Shown here in pieces: positions 58,501 to 64,000 of a stretch of 64,000 nt of DNA. The notes beneath the pieces are model-generated. The model had not been told where the DNA came from. It searched no databases and saw only the letters and a program-made list of their open reading frames with translations. The DNA comes from the human T2T-CHM13v2.0 reference genome, Homo sapiens: NCBI RefSeq assembly GCF_009914755.1, contig NC_060926.1; one strand, 5' to 3'. A program made the translations under genes and the position numbers. The first letter of the stretch is position 1. The number at the start of each line of letters is the position of its first letter.

Positions 58501-59937
58501 TATATTATAAATATAATATATCATATATGATATATTATATCTTATATATATAATATTTAATATATGATATATGATATATTATATATTATAATATATAATG
58601 TATAATATATGATATATGATATATTATATATTATAATATATAATGTATAATATATAATTATATTATATATTATATATTGTATAATATATAATATTATATA
58701 ATTATATACTATATAATAATATAATATATAATATATAATATATAATATATGTTATATACAATATTTTATTATATTATATAACATAATATATAATATAATT
58801 TTATATTATACATTATTTATTATAATATATAATATAATATATAATATAATTATATAGTTTACATTATATATTATATTATATATAATATAATATAATATAA
58901 TATAAAATATTATATATTATATTATATATAATATAATATAATATAAAATATTATATATTATATTATATATAATATAGTATAATATATAATATTATATATT
59001 ATATGTAATATAATATAATATAATATAAAATATTATATATTATATGTAATATAATATAATATAAAATATTATATATTATATGTAATATAATATAATATAT
59101 ATAATATATTATCTAAATTATATATTATATAATATATATCATATATTATATATAATATTATATACAATATATATTATATATAATATATAATATATATCAT
59201 ATATTATCTATATTATGTTATATATAATATATAATATTGTATTATAGATTATATTATATATAATAAATATATATAATATAATATTATATATTATATTATA
59301 TCTAATAAATATATATAATATAATATTATATATTATATAATATTATATATAGTATAGTATATATAATATATTATTTATGGTATTGGATATAAGATATTAT
59401 ATTGTATATAATATAATATATAATATATCATATTGTATACAAGATAATATATAATACATCATATTGTATACAATATGATGTATTATATATTATCTTGTAT
59501 ACAATATGATATATTATGTATTATCTTGTATATAATATGATATATTATATATTGTATTGTAAATAATATGATATATAATATATTATATTGTATATAATAT
59601 GATATATAATATATTATATTGTATATAATATGATATATAATATATTATATTGTATATAGTATGATATATAATATGTATAATATAAGATAGTATAATATGG
59701 AATATATTATATATAATATATACTATAATAATATATAATTTATAATATTTATTTATATTTTTATATAATATATAAAACATATATTTTTTATAATATATAT
59801 AAAACATATATAAAAATATATTATATTATATAATATATATAAAACATATTTTATATAATATATAACATATATAAAACTTGTATTATATATATAATGTATG
59901 TATAAAACATATTATATATATATAATATATATATATA
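52561..59937. repeat. Giant AT-rich compound minisatellite, ~7.4 kb
   Basis: Almost pure A/T; sub-arrays with 28-bp (52871-53060), 33-bp (55843-56095) and 31-bp (58055-58210, 59580-59680) periods. Confidence 0.98.
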
Positions 59938-60229
59938 ATTTTTTGGGGGGGTGGAGTCTCACTCTGTCACGCAGGCTGAAGTGCTGTGGCACCATCTTGG
60001 CTCACTGCAACCTCTGCCTCCCAGGTTCAAGGGATTCTCCAGCCTCAGTCTCCTGAGTAGCTGGGATTACAGGTGCCCACCACTGTACCTGGTTAATTTT
60101 TTGTATTTTTAGTAGAGACGGGTTTTGCCATGTTGTCCAGGCTGGTCTTGAACTCTTGACCTCATGTGATCCACCCACCTCGGCCTCCCAAATTGTTGGG
60201 ATTACAGGCATGAGCCACCGCACCTGGCC
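59938..60229 (-). mobile_element. AluS whose tail abuts the AT-rich block
   Basis: Full dimer with only a short residual T-tail. Confidence 0.93.
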
Positions 60230-60572
60230 ATCTATATTTTTGAGCATATCTGAAATAGTTCTTTAAAAATCCCCGGAGACTGGGATTACTGGTTAGAGTC
60301 AGTGGAGTGCAATTCAACAGAGATAAACATACAGTCCTGGGCAGTAATGTGGCGAGTTCTGTTTACAAGTGTGGAATGAGAAGTTTCTCTGTGCTGCATA
60401 GGGACATCCCACAGCAGCAGTCAATGAGGTGTATCTGTGGAGAATGTCACACAGAAAGTGAAATAAAATCCAAGAATCCAATCAGATGCAGAAAATGAGG
60501 ATACAAAATAGTGTAGAAGGAAAGGACTAAAAGATTGGCTAGTTTGGATGCTTAATGAAACATGAGAATATC

Positions 60573-61475
<903 letters not shown>

Positions 61476-61650
61476 TCAGAAAATAGCTTTATTTTTATTT
61501 GCATTTGCTGTTAATGTTTTTCATTGCTGTGTAGCTTTCAGTTTAGCATACTTACCTTTATGAATACAACTTTATACATATGATTTTATTTTATTTGTAT
61601 AAGAGTATTGTAGGTTGGTATCTATTAATACTTTGTATAAAGAATTTTTG

Positions 61651-61983
<333 letters not shown>

Positions 61984-63677
61984 TCAATTAAAAGAAATAT
62001 GTGGTCTTGAATTAGGTCCTCAAAGTGAGTTTTAAAAGATTGGGTGGTTGTACCTGGCTTAACAGCAGTTTATACAAAAAGAAGCTTTTTTTTTTTTTTT
62101 TACCACAAGATTACTGTGAACCAATAGGGTAATATAGTTTCTAAATAAGTTCGTGTAAAACTTGCATTATTATAATAGAATTATGGTAATGACACCAGAG
62201 GAAGTAAAAATCCAGCTTTATTTTGCATTGGCTGGACCTTGTCTGGAGGATGGTACTCTGTTTTGATTATTCATATCCCCAAGGATAGAAGAGGAGAAGA
62301 GTGAATGATTGGATGAAAGCCCTTCCAACAATGTCTTCTGAAGATGGATGGTAAAGACATAATGTTGGGGTAGCCCAGGCACTGTCACTACTTCTTTGAT
62401 GGGCTGCCATGGAGCAGAGGGACAAGGTAGGGCCAGACGGTAGAGCTGCACCCAATATTGGAAGGCATTGGGTGCATGTATTAGGTGGGGGGATAATTTC
62501 AGCTCATTAGGCGCCAAAGCTCTCTAATATTAGAGGCATCCTAGAATGGGATCAGTGATCTCTGGAGGTAGTAGGCATCCTGTCACTTGGAATGTCCAGG
62601 AAGGTTCTGCAGTGGGAGTTTCAGCACCGAGTAGGTGGCTGAGCTAGACAACTTCTGAGATCCCAGTTTTGAGGTTGTACAGTCATGGGATAGAATGTAC
62701 AATTCACCTATTACTGGGAGATGCCAGCAGGTCGTGTGACTAGAAATGAGTTTCAGGTCTGCCAAGGAGAAGAATTCTAGACCTGGCTTGTCCATCAGCT
62801 CTGTGATTAGAACCATCAGTTAATCTTTGGCCTTTCTTTTTGCTGAAAGGTGGAAGAGAACGTCTTGGACGTAGATGAAGTGTTGTTTCTCCCAGATGAA
62901 GCTAGCTGATGTAGAGGTTGTGAGGGAAATGGCCCCATCCTCTGTTAGCATTGGGATCTCATCCCATTGGGATGAGAATGTTTATGTGATATCCTGGTGT
63001 TTGAGGATGGTTGATTGTAAGCTACAGCTGATGAGATGAAGTCTTGCCTTATGGCTGACTTCTCAGTGTTGAGTGAGGGAAGTCCTGGGGCCTTAGACGG
63101 CAATAGGCACCTGCCTACGTAGGCAGATAGGACTCAAATAGCCTTTTTAGCTATTGTAATTGTTGGAAATTGAGATTTCTACACAGCTACTCTAAGATTC
63201 TGGGCTCTGGGAGGTACAAGGAGCCAGTGTAAAGATAAATATGTCATTTTTGGAAACAAAATTTTGTCAGTGGGTAGTGTTCTATATTTCTTTGTAATCT
63301 TCCCAAAATCCTTAGTAAAGTGTTGTTTCTCTGTTGTATTCAGGTCTCAGCTGTGTTTGGTAGAGTGTTAAAAGCAGAGTGCCAAATGCCAAAAAGCATT
63401 AGGAAATCAGTGAAAGATCCCCACCACCCGCCAATGGGATGTGAAATCTCTGCGCTAGAGGGAAGAGCCAGGGTCTAGCAGTGTCTCCTTCCCATGGCAA
63501 ATGTAGAGGCGATGGATGCTATTTTTGCTAAGGACAGAGACATGTTTGTATATCCTCAGCATCTTGGCCTGCTTCTTCATCTGCTTCTGTTGTGGTTGGG
63601 TGGAGGGGTGGGTCATCCCTTTTTTCCAGCCAGGGATCAGAGATCACGGCTGGGGGTTGGTGGCCATTAAGTAGCAG

Positions 63678-64000
63678 TGTATTAGTTATTTATTGCTGTA
63701 TAACAAATTGCCCCAAAACTTAGCAGTTTAAAACACCCACAATTTATTTTTTCCCATAGTTTCTGAGTGTCAGGAACTGGTTGTGGCTCAGGTACATGCC
63801 TCTGGCTCAGGATCTCACATGGGATTGCAGTCAAGCTGGGGCTGCAGTCTCTGCAGGCTTGAGTGAGTGTGAGGATCCACTCAATTTCAATCTCACCCAT
63901 GTGGTGGTAGGCAGGATACCCAGGAGACTCCATCTCCTCACTAGGTGGCTCCCTCCTTAGGGTTGCTCATGAAATGATTTCCCTCAAGAGCAAGTATCCC
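63678..64000 (-). mobile_element. MLT1F-like LTR, running off the window end
   Basis: tgtattagttatttattgctgtataacaaattgccccaaaacttagcagtttaaaaca. Confidence 0.85.

Noticed and set aside
52360-59807. Ile/Tyr/Asn-rich ORFs
   Set aside because: Translations of the AT-rich minisatellite
52561-59937. Whole AT block as one giant palindrome (a polarity switch at ~56242 lies near its midpoint)
   Set aside because: The sub-arrays on either side are not reverse complements of each other; symmetry is only local
60307-60498. Functional zinc-ribbon microprotein
   Set aside because: GTG start inside a CR1 relic and the fourth Cys is a stop codon; this is a pseudogene fragment

Overview
Primate genomic DNA, almost certainly human given a near-pristine AluYa5. 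It looks intergenic or deep-intronic and is dominated by repeats: more than 25 Alus, MaLR/ERV solo LTRs, L1M/L2/L3/MIR relics and hAT DNA-transposon relics. I found no intact protein-coding gene. The only recognisable gene-derived sequence is a disabled processed pseudogene of POLR2K (~60.39-62.0 kb) sitting inside an L3/CR1 relic. The six-frame ORFs are explained by Alus, simple repeats or chance. The notable structure is non-coding: (1) a ~7.4 kb AT-rich compound minisatellite (52.56-59.94 kb) containing a spacer-less perfect 98-bp palindrome; (2) locally templated duplications and fold-back inversions at several scales (18.8 to 22.4-23.7 kb, 40.3-41.0 kb, 29.6 kb, 9.3 kb) that look like template-switch or microhomology-mediated repair scars; (3) a 3x96-bp tandem repeat and a 1.2-kb GT-rich tract; (4) candidate enhancers and a candidate 24-nt microexon. 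I see no convincing new protein-based system. Repeat family names come from recalled consensus sequences and repeat boundaries are approximate.
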